Part shown: piece by piece, positions 11,930 through 24,000 of the stretch
Numbering within the stretch: position 1 is the stretch's first letter
How the letters are laid out: every line of letters starts with the position of its first letter
DNA from: Nemertoderma westbladi
Taxonomy: Eukaryota > Animalia > Xenacoelomorpha
Length of the DNA stretch: 54,471 nucleotides
Direction: 5' to 3'
Assembly (NCBI GenBank): GCA_032718475.1
Contig: JAUCBJ010007307.1
Span: 1-54,471, forward strand
Notes under the pieces: model-generated
The model's input: the letters and a program-made list of their open reading frames with translations, nothing else
What the model was told of the DNA's origin: nothing
The model's database searches: none
Made by a program: the position numbers and the translations under genes

Positions 11930-14900
11930 ATGTCTGACACTCAGCAAAACCTGTCAGACAGTCTGATCGAGACCACTATCTGTGATTCAGATAGGAGAGT
12001 GGAGCGAATAATAGAGAAGTTCGGCTCACCTCCTACTGTAAAAAAGGTCATCCCTCCCGTAGTATCAGACCCTAGGCTAGTCCACCATAGGTCCATCATA
12101 GGCACTCGGGCACAGGTAAAACGGGACCAAGAGGCAGCTGTCCTATCGCAGCAACATCTTGGTCAAGAACCTACTTCCCAGAGACCTGATAGCTCCAGCA
12201 GTTCAGATACTGTAGAGTTGACTCCCGAACATGGAGTGCAAATGGCTGATACAGTCTACTCGGACCCCCTTCTTACTCTTCCTGCTACAGTGCTGACTAC
12301 TATACTCATTGCGGTGGAAGAACATCAAACCGACTGGGCGAAGAATAAGCGAGCGACCCAAGATGATTACGCGGGATACGCCAGGGAAGAATTGATATCT
12401 ATTGTTGAATCACAATGGAACTTTCCCGGACTCGGACTCCCGTTGGACCTGTCTGAGGCTACTTGGGAAGATATACACAGGATGGGAGTGGCTCAAGATA
12501 CAATGGATCCAGCTGTTTGGAAGAGGTCGGCAGCAGGATATGTGCAGGGATTCTTCGAATCCTTGGAGCGATTGGAAGGGCAGCTGTTTCGACAACCTCA
12601 CGGACCTCAAGAGCAGGAAGAACTGCTATATCAAATACGCGAAAGAACCCTACGCATTCGACTAATCCTCTCAGCCTTTGAGGAAACTTCCAAAAGAAGA
12701 CAGGACACGTCGCTGCAGGTTGCTGTCAAAACTTGGCTACATCGAGTAGATCGAAAAGTACAGGAAACAGCCCAGTGGAAATCTCAGCTGGCTGAGAGAT
12801 CAATCTATGAGGAACCAACTGAAGTCAATGAACAAACTGATGTCACCCTTGCTCAAGAGGAAAGCGAAGAGGCCGCCGAGAAACCGCGAACTAGAGACGC
12901 TATCGACATTTATTTGTCCGACTATCAGCGATTCCTAGGAGACGAAGAGTTGAGGAGACGGTTACATGGACTTTCCCCTAATAGTGAAGGAACCAAGCTT
13001 ATATTGGATGCGATCGATACTGAAATGATAGCTGCAAACCAAGCTGAATGTGATGAAAAACTCCGTCTCACTAGAGTCCGAGAAGAACAAATAAAGAAAA
13101 GAAGGATAGAGGAACAAAAAACGGCGGCTATGGCGGCGGCTATAGCAGATGCAGAAGCAGAAAGTAAAGCAGCAAAGACGGTGGCAAAGGCAAATGCAGA
13201 AGCAGAAAGAAAGGCAGCGGCTGCAAAGGCAGAGGCAGAAAGTAAAGCCACAAAGGCGGTGGCAAAGGCAGAGGCAGAGGCAGAAGTAGAAGCAAAAAGA
13301 AAAGTGGCAAAGGCAGTGGCAGAGGCAGAAAGGAGAGCATCTGAGCAGACTACTCAACTGGAGTTAGAAAATCTGCAAGAGACGCAAGACAGTATAAATA
13401 AACAGTATACTGCTAATCAGATGCAGATGATGAGAAAATCTACTCCCAAGCGCCAAGGGTACACATCATCGGAGGAAGGCGATACTACAGACCCTGAAGG
13501 CGGAGGCGATAGATCTTATCTAAGTAGGCGTAGAAAAACATATTACCGTCGTAAATTGCCTGATTTGCCCCCAGCTGTTAAAAGACAGCTAACTAGCACA
13601 GATTTAGGTAGGGCAGAACCTATAGAACAATTTATTCAGGTCAAAAGACTCCCTACTATAGTCGATGAACCTGAAATAATTAGGCCTGTAATTCCCAAAG
13701 TCACTTCTGTGCTAGAGACCCCTGCACTGCCAGAGCTTAACTCTAAATTCCCTTTACATAGCACTACATTGCCTGTACCCGGTGGAACAGTCCACGCAAA
13801 TACCCCTGTCCAGATAGCAGAGAGAGAAATCAATAATTTGTCTCCCGTCGTCCCGCGTCGGCCCGCTACTATGTTGGCGACTCCTGCTTCGGCGGTTGAG
13901 TGGGTGGAAGAGGGACGGCGGGGGATGAATCTTCTGCTAGGACAGATGCAGGAGACTGTCCACCAACTTAAGGGAACAGTGAGGGAAAGTAGAGCAGAGT
14001 TGCAAGAAGTGCAGCAAAGTATCGCGCTAGAACGCGACAAATTAGTCAATATTCAAAAAGGCATACCAATGCCCCCGGTAACATTGAGTCAACCCGTTAG
14101 GTCTGAAGTATCACATGCGCAAGGTGTGGAGCCTACACGCATCTATACTGCTAGTGAAGTTGAAACTCCTATAGCAAACCCTATTAAGGGTGATTATAGA
14201 CCTGTTATTAATGATATTCCCTATAGACCTGATAATGATCCGAGAAATTTGGATACCGATAATTCGATATTAAATAACACGATGGCCCAAGAAAGCTTTA
14301 CGCGTCAGATGGCTAGAACAGAAGCCCGCCAAGCGGTCAAAGTGGGAGAGATCGTCAAATTCAATGGGGATGAGATGAAATGGTTACCTTTCAACGAATA
14401 TTACAAAGATAGCATACAGAACTCTGTACTATCTAACGGAGAGAAACTTAGATTCCTCATCAAGTGTTTGGAAGGACCTCCCAAGTCAATGGCGTTAAAG
14501 TTTATTGGACATCCAGATGGATTAAGACAAGTTTGGGATACATTAAACATCAGGTATGGTAATAAAGACAACATCGCTAAGTATCTGTATACAAAATTGG
14601 TAGCCCCCCGACACTTCCTTAGTAGTGGGATTATAGAATTTTCAGATGAAATACAAGAGATCTGTAGACAACTGGACTGGTTAGGTAAGTCGCACGAATA
14701 CCAGAGTTCCATGGTTATTGGAGCCGTAGTCTCTACTTTACCAAAGGGTGGAGTATGTACACGCTGGGACAAGAAGGTGTTGTACATGAATGACCAACAA
14801 CGACGAAGCCCTACCATGGCTGATCTCATGTCGTTCTTGGATGGTGAAGTCAGACTACAACTCATCAAGCAAGCCAGAGAGAAAACATCGGAAAATAAGG

Positions 14901-16411
14901 TAAGTGAGAAACCCGATTCTAGGAGAAGGATAATACCAGTGTGTTATACTGACGACGGCGAAAGCCAAGCTTCTCAAGAAGAGGACAGCGGGAAAGACAC
15001 CGAACGATCTTACTATGACAACAAGACCTATAAAGACGTAAATAAATACAAGTCTCGAACCAGTGACAGGAGAGAACAGGTAACAACAACTCCTCCTACG
15101 TCTCCTAAGAGAATTCACGGAAGAAAGCCCGAAGAAAGAACGAGAGTGCAGAACGTTAACCAAGTTAAGGTGAGTAACATCAAACCAAAATGTGCGCTGT
15201 GCGACGGGCCCCACCGTTTGAGTGCGTGTGCAGAATTCCTAAAGAAATCCATGGCAGATAGACGTGGAGTCCTGTGGGATAAACGGTTATGTTATAACTG
15301 TCTCAGACGCGGACACCAGCGGCGAACCTGTTACTCTGACGCAAGGTGTGCTAAGTGCGGCGCGAAACATCATAGCTTGTTGCACACGGAATTCGAACGA
15401 AACAACCCTAGTCAGGTAAGTGAGCCCAAATCACATGTCCAATTCAGTGATGTGAACGACACTGACCAAAGTTCTGAGTGGGAAGGATTCTATACGGACG
15501 AATTCTCCGATGCCAACGAATCCTGTTACCTAATAAATACCACAGTGTATCGAGCACTTACGGATGAAAAGGACACTGACGAGTTTACTCCAACTCCTTT
15601 TGACAAACAACCATCTTGGAAAGTTCCAACTTCCAACATAGGAATAAGAGAATTTCCTGTAGTGCAAGTTCGAGTTCATGGTCCCAACAAGAGTTACATA
15701 GTGAACGCCCTACTTGACTCCGGCAGCACAGGAACATTCATCGATCAAGAACTAGCCGAAGATATCTTTGCTGGACAACCCAAATTCCAAACTAAGTTGA
15801 ATATGTCCGGAATTATGCAGGTTTGGAAATCTACCATAACGGCAGATTACTATGTAGGTGCGTTGTCCACCCCCCAGGATAAATTAGGAGCACAAAGTAT
15901 AAGGTCAGTAAAAATGGTGGCTATAAAGAACTTCGCTACTACCCAAGCAGACCTTTATAATTGGGACGAGGACGAGTGCATCCAACATCTTGAGATACCT
16001 CGATTCCAAACCGATTATCCTGGAGTGCAAATACTCATCGGCCAAAACGCGCATGAGGCGCTCGAGCCATTGGAGAAACGGCCTGCTCAACCACAGCCAC
16101 TACAAACCTATGCGGTAAGAACTAGAGTAGGCTGGTACTTCACTGGCCCTTCCCGTAGAACTCTCAAAGAGAGATTACCTCAACAACAGGTATACCAAGT
16201 AAAGGGGGAAGTGGAGAGCAGTGATGTGGACGATCCAACTGAGGGAACACCATACTCCTCAGATAATGACGATATTAACTCCAATGTAGATCAATGGAGA
16301 CATTGCCTTGGGACGATTAATCCAGCCGACATCGATTCCAGAAGAGCAACTCCTCAAGAACGGATAGATACTCCCGGCTGGTTAGGTGGACCCGACTCCC
16401 TAAGTAAATAA
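11930..16411 (+). CDS. gag: BEL/Pao Gag-protease polyprotein (1493 aa) ending in a short RNase H-terminal remnant
   Basis: DUF1759-like KFNGDEMKWLPF...EKLRFLIKCLEG; knuckles CALCDGPHRLSAC, CYNCLRRGHQRRTC, CAKCGAKHHSLLH; protease ALLDSGSTGTFI and ILIGQN, TRVGW; then WRHCLGTINPADIDSR...WLGGP with no RT motifs in between. Confidence 0.92.
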   Translation: MSDTQQNLSDSLIETTICDSDRRVERIIEKFGSPPTVKKVIPPVVSDPRLVHHRSIIGTRAQVKRDQEAAVLSQQHLGQEPTSQRPDSSSSSDTVELTPEHGVQMADTVYSDPLLTLPATVLTTILIAVEEHQTDWAKNKRATQDDYAGYAREELISIVESQWNFPGLGLPLDLSEATWEDIHRMGVAQDTMDPAVWKRSAAGYVQGFFESLERLEGQLFRQPHGPQEQEELLYQIRERTLRIRLILSAFEETSKRRQDTSLQVAVKTWLHRVDRKVQETAQWKSQLAERSIYEEPTEVNEQTDVTLAQEESEEAAEKPRTRDAIDIYLSDYQRFLGDEELRRRLHGLSPNSEGTKLILDAIDTEMIAANQAECDEKLRLTRVREEQIKKRRIEEQKTAAMAAAIADAEAESKAAKTVAKANAEAERKAAAAKAEAESKATKAVAKAEAEAEVEAKRKVAKAVAEAERRASEQTTQLELENLQETQDSINKQYTANQMQMMRKSTPKRQGYTSSEEGDTTDPEGGGDRSYLSRRRKTYYRRKLPDLPPAVKRQLTSTDLGRAEPIEQFIQVKRLPTIVDEPEIIRPVIPKVTSVLETPALPELNSKFPLHSTTLPVPGGTVHANTPVQIAEREINNLSPVVPRRPATMLATPASAVEWVEEGRRGMNLLLGQMQETVHQLKGTVRESRAELQEVQQSIALERDKLVNIQKGIPMPPVTLSQPVRSEVSHAQGVEPTRIYTASEVETPIANPIKGDYRPVINDIPYRPDNDPRNLDTDNSILNNTMAQESFTRQMARTEARQAVKVGEIVKFNGDEMKWLPFNEYYKDSIQNSVLSNGEKLRFLIKCLEGPPKSMALKFIGHPDGLRQVWDTLNIRYGNKDNIAKYLYTKLVAPRHFLSSGIIEFSDEIQEICRQLDWLGKSHEYQSSMVIGAVVSTLPKGGVCTRWDKKVLYMNDQQRRSPTMADLMSFLDGEVRLQLIKQAREKTSENKVSEKPDSRRRIIPVCYTDDGESQASQEEDSGKDTERSYYDNKTYKDVNKYKSRTSDRREQVTTTPPTSPKRIHGRKPEERTRVQNVNQVKVSNIKPKCALCDGPHRLSACAEFLKKSMADRRGVLWDKRLCYNCLRRGHQRRTCYSDARCAKCGAKHHSLLHTEFERNNPSQVSEPKSHVQFSDVNDTDQSSEWEGFYTDEFSDANESCYLINTTVYRALTDEKDTDEFTPTPFDKQPSWKVPTSNIGIREFPVVQVRVHGPNKSYIVNALLDSGSTGTFIDQELAEDIFAGQPKFQTKLNMSGIMQVWKSTITADYYVGALSTPQDKLGAQSIRSVKMVAIKNFATTQADLYNWDEDECIQHLEIPRFQTDYPGVQILIGQNAHEALEPLEKRPAQPQPLQTYAVRTRVGWYFTGPSRRTLKERLPQQQVYQVKGEVESSDVDDPTEGTPYSSDNDDINSNVDQWRHCLGTINPADIDSRRATPQERIDTPGWLGGPDSLSK

Positions 16412-18082
16412 GAAGATGAATGGCCTCCTCATCTTACCACTGAGGAGATTAGACAGGCCAAGGGAGCGGCGGAAGTAACACGACAGCCTAATCGCCCAGC
16501 TGGTCGCTTAGGTTTACTGGAAAGAGACCGAAAACTGTCCGGAAACCATGGAAGGCAGGATACTCTTCCTACGACCACTTCCCTAATTCGACAAAGATCT
16601 AGGGACTCCATAACATAATAACATATGGAGTGGGTGTGTGACTATATCATTTTATATTTGTTTTTATTTTATATTTATGTATGTATTATTACGTAATTTT
16701 ATTATAATCGTTTTCTTTAATTTTATTTAGTAGAATGTTATTTTAGCGATTATTTAGTAAATTAGTGCAATATATTAGTGTTTATTACGTACTTAATTAC
16801 TTATAATATATTTAGTGCGACGGCAAGAAATAATTATTTTTCTCTTTCCTTACTGTCCGTATTATATTATAAATGCGAGACTATAGTAAGATGACATGTC
16901 AGTACTTCTTAAAAGTACAGTAAAGCCACTACTATATTTAAGTATTATTGGTAGGCAGAGTATTAGGAATGCAAAGTTCAGATCCTCGTGTCTCGGCTAA
17001 ACCAAGCTCTGGGTAGACCTTGGAAACGACTTGCCTCTTCACACTGACATTGCTTCGTGCGATATTGCTCTTCTACCTTATAACAAATAATACATATAGT
17101 AGCGTGATGTCCCTCTAACAGTAGCGTAAATCGCAAATAAATCTGTTAAACTTTTTGACCATCTGTAATTCTAGTCGATTAAGATATCGCAGCACTTACC
17201 GATACTCTTAAAAAGACAAATTTCATAGAATTCAGGATCCTATGTCCCCAGACCTGCTCTGGAATCAAATTGTGTCAATTTTAACATCAAATAATAAAAT
17301 TCACGGGAATAAATTTAAATTCATATTCGAATGAATTTCATAAATTGTCATTTTGTGCAATTTACAACATTCCCAAAATTCCAGTAATTAATAGATCATG
17401 GGAGCGGAGATTCATATTGAGTGTACTAGAGTGTGAGAATCTCCAACATATAGTCAATAGCCGATAAAATTTATAAAATCATGCATAAAGAGGATATTGA
17501 CAATTAAAGAATTACTATTAAATAACATCCCAGATCTGTATGCATGAGAATTATCCTAATTCTACCGCTAGTTTTCCATAATGTCACCATGGCAACACCC
17601 ACGCTAGAATTAGAAGCAAGTTAAAAGAACAATAAAAAGCTTGCCCCATTGCGTAGCATAAGAGTATACATAGCGCACTATTAGTATCCAAGGATACATA
17701 GTAAATACGTGACATTCTGGAAGACACTGACTAACGGACAAATGGTATGCATGTGTGCAGTAAGTAATGATTGTATGGAATTTGTGCGTTTATAGGTGAA
17801 TGTTACTACTAAAGTGTGTTTACAGTAGCTAATCGCAATTGTAAAATAGCCCTAACTCTACCGAGATAACCTCAAGTGGATTCAAGCCTTTGGGACGGAC
17901 AGTGGTGGGACTTGTGCCGGTTATCGTTGTCGTGCTGTGCTACATGTTGGCGTAAACACTGCGACAGCGGTACATCGGCGCTGAGAAACCCACTGTCCGG
18001 GGGCAAAAAGCCTAGTAGGCAGCGACGCCCGCTGGCCTAAAATATTAACTTATATTGATATTAACAAACTCAGATAGCAGAT

Positions 18083-19072
18083 ATGACGGAATTGATAGAA
18101 GATGACCTTGGTATTAGAGAGCGATATACTCTACCTTTACAAGCGTTTGTGGATAGCTTGATACGCGGTGAAGCCGATCCGACTATTACGGAGGACGATG
18201 GTCGTTATATCGAACCGCCGATGTCCCAGGAACAACTTACGCGTGAATTGGACTATAGAAAATTCACCGCTCGCTATACGAATCGCAATGGTACGTATAT
18301 GGACTTCTTAACCACCGGCCATCCTATCGATTTACATGATACGGACGATGTAGACACCGAAAGGGAAATGGTTCTATTTAAATATCATACCCAGCGGCGT
18401 CGTAACGATAAACCGAGAATAGATCACGAAAATTCTATTCGTAACAGACTGGGAAGACGAACCAATATGTCTAGAATCTGAGGAGATTCAGCCTATCGCG
18501 CTCGGAACAGCGATAACGATTACATCCTAGAATGGTATCAAGGTCCACAGTGTCTCACTGCGTACGATTATCGCCAGGCCAACTATGTTTCTCGGCAACG
18601 TTGTCGGTTATGCGCATCGAGAGACCATGTTACGCCCATAGACACAAACGTCCGCTGTTCCTATTTCCACGAACAACCGGCGATGGAAATTTATTGAGCG
18701 TATTGCAGATTTAATAATTTGCATATTTTTGCGGTTTGCCCCCAATTTATGACTCAATGTCACCACTGTCCACTAAAGGGACACGCCAGTTTCGATTGCC
18801 CTTTTAATCGCGATTTGGAAAGCGTAGATGAAATGATCACACTACGTTACATTAGAGCTTGGGAAGCGAACGCTGATTTACATCGTGATTCGCGCCATCG
18901 CTATTATCCTGGACGCGCTTACGAAGGAATTTATGCGTTCCATCCTTATCTATTCGCTTCTGTCGAACAGAAATCACGCATATCGAGTTACAGGAAGTAT
19001 ATCGACGGCCTTACGAGTACCGAGCCCGCGAACGCGAGTTGGAAAGAACTATTAAACCAAGGAAGTTTCTAA
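18083..19072 (+). pseudogene. Accessory 3' ORF of the LTR element, about 330 codons with three Cys/His knuckles, interrupted by two in-frame TGA
   Basis: ORFs 18083-18481 and 18719-19072 share one frame; the sequence between them is open apart from TGA at 18479-18481 and 18695-18697; motifs CRLCASRDH...C, [*]AYCRFNNLHIFAVC, CHHCPLKGHASFDC. Confidence 0.65.
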
Positions 19073-19441
19073 CTGCCTATGGTCCACCCACGGCCCTCAT
19101 TCAGACCACTCGTAAAGGACCCGTAAGAGCGGCTGTCTTGAAACGAGCTCTCAAAGCCGTTAGACCCCGCTCCCCTGACGTTGATGTCAATCAACTCGGC
19201 ACTTCGACTGGCGGATACACCGACCATAATCCTATACCCTCTGATGCAATCATGTTGCACCCTTCACCCAGGAGTTATAGCCCTCCTTGTAAAGTGGCTC
19301 GCCCCAAAGAGAAAAAGACTCTGGCTAGCTTTAAAAAACTGCGTAAACGCCGTCCGCGCATGAAAGACTAACTGTTTAGAGTATTTTCGTATTTGAGAAA
19401 CTGTGATTTTGTATATTTTATAGACTTAAATCCCATTTTCT

Positions 19442-19449
19442 GGGAGCGG
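19442..19449 (+). promoter_or_regulatory. Polypurine tract (plus-strand primer site)
   Basis: GGGAGCGG directly abutting the TG of the 3' LTR. Confidence 0.55.
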
Positions 19450-20708
19450 TGTAAAAGCTTCTGTGGGATATAACTGGCCCCTTTGCTTCGCAATCCAGTT
19501 TCCCCCAGGCGCTGGAATACTCTAAAAAAGGTTCTCTGACTGTATATATATTCCCCTCGCCCGCAAGGTACCTTTACAGGTGTTTTAACGGACATAAAAA
19601 TCATTCTGCTATATACGTGTTTTAGCGGACATGGTAAGACAAAAACTTGTAATGCACAAACCACCTTTCACAGCTTAGCCGTGATGATTCATATTACGAC
19701 ATCTAGCAGCTGGTTGCTGGCATGGAAACGGCCATTGGCCGCGTGGTTCTTTGTTTGGCTTGGGCCAATCAGGGCGGTTTTTCCTGTCGACGTGTAGCTT
19801 TCCTGCCGATCATAAGGAGAGTGTTCTGTCTTACTAGAGAGAGTTGTTACTTTCTTTTGTTGTTATTGCTGTCTAAGCCAGAAACACCGGCATTTTTTGG
19901 ATAGATACTGCTGTACCGTGAACTGCAGAACTGCTTGAATTATCGAAAGTATAAACTGTTACCGCTAATTGATCAATCTTAATTAACATACTCACTTAAT
20001 TTAATTGCATTAATCATATTGTTTGTACTGTTATTTTACCGTCAGTTATTAATTGTAAATATTTGTTGATGGAAATATTGCTATTTGGATAATACGGATA
20101 AATCACCCAATTCCCAATTTTCTTGATAACACTACAGGTTAGAGAGACCGGCTATATATAACAATTGCGATTTATATTAATGTGGTGTGTATTGAATCCA
20201 ATGTTATTTAACAGACCCTACGCGAGTCAATTACTGCTCTCTTTATGTGTGATCAAATATACTGACTGTCGGCAGAATAGTGTGTATGATTGTGATTGGT
20301 AACAAAGTATTTCCTAAAGAATACGTTTTATACTTTAATCAGCAGCAGTATCGTTGCGTTTAGTATAAGTCTTAGTTCTGTTTAAATAGGTAAAGCGCCA
20401 CGTCCTAAAGGAACTGTTAATATTTCCCGAAAGCCAATAATATCTGTCAGAGATTAATTATTAACGATCTATCGAATAATACATTAGGTATACACTACAA
20501 CCTTACACTGTAATAATACAATTCAAGCATCCGAATTCAGTCTCCCGGGTGTAGATCCATCGGGTGAATGATCGCGCATGGGCTGACTTCGGCTAATGTT
20601 TTGCGTATTAGCATAAATTATTGTCGTATGCTAAAGTGGTTTTAATTAACGAAAAGACATATAAATTTTGGCAGGTTAAACTGCTAAAGGTCTTCGAAAG
20701 CGCGAACA
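19450..20708 (+). repeat. 3' LTR
   Basis: Same termini as 8370-9606; preceded by GGGAGCGG (PPT-like). Confidence 0.93.
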
Positions 20709-20873
20709 CATGGGCCAGGGCAGTTTTCGTTTCGGCACGAATGCTTTAAAGGGACCAGCCAGGGCGCATCTCTGCCTTGAGTTCTGGGTGACCGCACTGG
20801 AAATAAGTCGTCAGACTTTGTGCGTAATCCCTGGCCTAGTGGCCGAAGAAAATTTACTTTACTTTACTTTTTA

Positions 20874-21040
20874 TAACCTCAGTTTAGCTGTAAACTATGA
20901 CTAACCTCAGTTAAGCTGCAAACCAAACTATGACTAATCTTAGTTTAGCTGTAAACCAAACTATGACTAACCTCAATATAGCTATAAACCAAACTATAAC
21001 TAACCTCAGTTTAGCTTCAAAGCAAACTATGAATAACTTC
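20874..21040 (+). repeat. 33-bp minisatellite (TAACCTCAGTTTAGCTGTAAACCAAACTATGAC), about 5 copies
   Basis: Directly visible, abuts the 32-bp array. Confidence 0.85.
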
Positions 21041-24000
21041 AGGGTGGGTGCATGGCCCCCCATTTACTACATTGGAGTGGGTGCATTGCCCCATTTACTA
21101 CATTGGGGTGGGTGCATTGCCCCCATTTACTACATTGGGGTGGGTGCATGGCCCCCATTTACTACATTGGGGTGGGTTATTGGCCCCATTTACTACATTG
21201 AGGTGGGTGCATGGCCCCCATTTACTACATTGGGGTGGGTGCATGGCCCCCATTTACTACATTGGGGTGGGTGCATGGCCCCCATTTACTACATTGGGGT
21301 GGGTGCATGGCCCCCATTTACTACATTGGGGTGGGTGCATTGCTCCATTTACTACATTGGGGTGGGTGCATGGCCCCCATTTACTACATTGGGGTGGGTG
21401 CATGGCCCCCATTTACTACATTGGGGTGGGTGCATGGCCCCCATTTACTACATTGGGGTGGGTGCATGGCCCCCATTTACTACATTGGGGTGGGTGCATG
21501 GCCCCCATTTACTACATTGAGGTGGATGCATGGCCCCCATTTACTACATTGGGGTGGGTGCATGGCTCCCATTTACTACATTGGGGTGGGTGCATGGCCC
21601 CCATTTACTACATTGGGGTGGGTGCATGGCCCCCATTTACTACATTGGGGTGGGAGCATGGCCCCCATTTACTACATTGGGGTGGGAGCATGGCCCCCAT
21701 TTACTACATTGGGGTGGGTGCATGGCCCCCATTTATTACATTGGGGTGGGTGCTTGGCCCCCATTTACTACATTGGTGTGGGTGCTTGGCCCCCATTTAC
21801 TACATTGGTGTAGGTGCATGGCCCCCATTTACTACATTGGGGTGGGTGCATTGCTCCATTTACTACATTGGGGTGGGTGCATGGCCCCCATTTACTACAT
21901 TGGGGTGGGTTATTGGCCCCATTTACTACATTGAGGTGGGTGCATGGCCCCATTTACTACATTGGGGTAGGTGCATGGCCCCCATTTACTACATTGGGGT
22001 GGGTGCATGGCCCCCATTTACTACATTGGGGTGGGTGCATGGCCCCCATTTACTGCATTGAGTTGGGTGCATGGCTCCCATTTACTGCATTGAGTTGGGT
22101 GCATGGCCCCCATTTACTACATTGGGGTGGGTGCATGGCCCCCATTTACTGCATTGAGTTGGGTGCATGGCTCCCATTTACTGCATTGAGTTGGGTGCAT
22201 GGCCCCCATTTACTACATTGGGGTAGGTGCATGGCCCCCATTTACTACATTGGGGTGGGAGCATGGCACCCATTTACTACATTGGGTGGGTTATTGGCCC
22301 CATTTACTACATTAGGGTGGGTGCATGGCCCCCATTTACTACATTGGGGTGGGTGCATGGCCCCCATTTACTACATTGGGGTGGGTGCATGGCCCCCATT
22401 TACTGCATTGAGTTGGGTGCATGGCTCCCATTTACTGCATTGAGTTGGGTGCATGGCCCCCATTTACTACATTGGGGTAGGTGCATGGCCCCCATTTACT
22501 ACATTGGGGTGGGAGCATGGCACCCATTTACTACATTGGGGTGGGTGCATGGCCCCCATTTACTACATTGGGATGGGTGCATGGCCCCCATTTACTACAT
22601 TGGGGTGGGTGCATGGCCCCCATTTACTACATTGGGGTGGGTGCATGGCCCCCATTTACTACATTGGGGTGGGTGCATGGCCCCCATTTACTACATTGGG
22701 GTGGGTGCATGGCCCCCCATTTACTACATTGGGGTGGGTGCATGGCCCCCATTTACTACATTGGGGTGGGAGCATGGCCCCCATTTACTACATTGGGGTG
22801 GGTGCATGGCCCCCATTTACTACATTGGGGTAGGTGCATGGCCCCCATTTACTACATTGGGGTGGGAGCATGGCACCCATTTACTACATTGGGGTGGGTG
22901 CATGGCCCCCATTTACTACATTGGGATGGGTGCATGGCCCCCATTTACTACATTGGGGTGGGTGCATGGCCCCCATTTACTACATTGGGGTGGGTGCATG
23001 GCCCCCATTTACTACATTGGGGTGGGTGCATGGCCCCCATTTACTACATTGGGGTGGGTGCATGGCCCCCCATTTACTACATTGGGGTGGGTGCATGGCC
23101 CCCATTTACTACATTGGGGTGGGAGCATGGCCCCCATTTACTACATTGGGGTGGGTGCATGGCCCCCATTTACTACATTGGGGTGGGTGCATGGCCCCCA
23201 TTTACTACATTGGGGTGGGTGCATGGCCCCCATTTACTACATTGGGGTGGGTGCATGGCCCCCCATTTACTACATTGGGGTGGGTGCATGGCCCCCATTT
23301 ACTACATTGGGGTGGGAGCATGGCCCCCATTTACTACATTGGGGTGGGTGCATGGCCCCCATTTACTACATTGGGGTAGGTGCATGGCCCCCATTTACTA
23401 CATTGGGGTGGGAGCATGGCACCCATTTACTACATTGGGGTGGGTGCATGGCCCCCATTTACTACATTGGGATGGGTGCATGGCCCCCATTTACTACATT
23501 GGGGTGGGTGCATGGCCCCCATTTACTACATTGGGGTGGGTGCATGGCCCCCATTTACTACATTGGGGTGGGTGCATGGCCCCCATTTACTACATTGGGG
23601 TGGGTGCATGGCCCCCCATTTACTACATTGGGGTGGGTGCATGGCCCCCATTTACTACATTGGGGTGGGAGCATGGCCCCCATTTACTACATTGGGGTGG
23701 GTGCATGGCCCCCATTTACTACATTGGGGTGGGTGCATGGCCCCCATTTACTACATTGGGGTGGGTGCATGGCCCCCATTTACTACATTGGGGTGGGAGC
23801 ATGGCACCCATTTACTACATTGGGGTGGGTGCATGGCCCCCATTTACTACATTGGGATGGGTGCATGGCCCCCATTTACTACATTGGGGTGGGTGCATGG
23901 CCCCCATTTACTACATTGGGGTGGGTGCATGGCCCCCATTTACTACATTGGGGTGGGTGCATGGCCCCCATTTACTACATTGGGGTGGGTGCATGGCCCC

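Larger units (their letters stand above)
8370..20708 (+). mobile_element. BEL/Pao LTR retrotransposon, non-autonomous (RT, most of RNase H and integrase absent)
   Basis: Two about 1.24-kb direct repeats with TGT...ACA termini, purine-rich tract before the 3' LTR, BEL-type Gag with three zinc knuckles and an aspartic protease. Confidence 0.92.

Noticed and set aside
12402-15214. Overlapping alternative-frame and antisense ORFs within gag
   Set aside because: Shadows of the low-complexity gag coding sequence.
18695-18697. Selenocysteine reading of the TGA aligned to a knuckle Cys
   Set aside because: No SECIS identified and another TGA lies at a non-Cys position; a point mutation from TGY is simpler.
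20710-20850. Possible hammerhead ribozyme on the minus strand (CTGACGA ... GAAAC, closed by GGCCAGGG/CCCTGGCC)
   Set aside because: Stem II could not be formed between CTGACGA and GAAA, and no correctly placed cleavage triplet was found.
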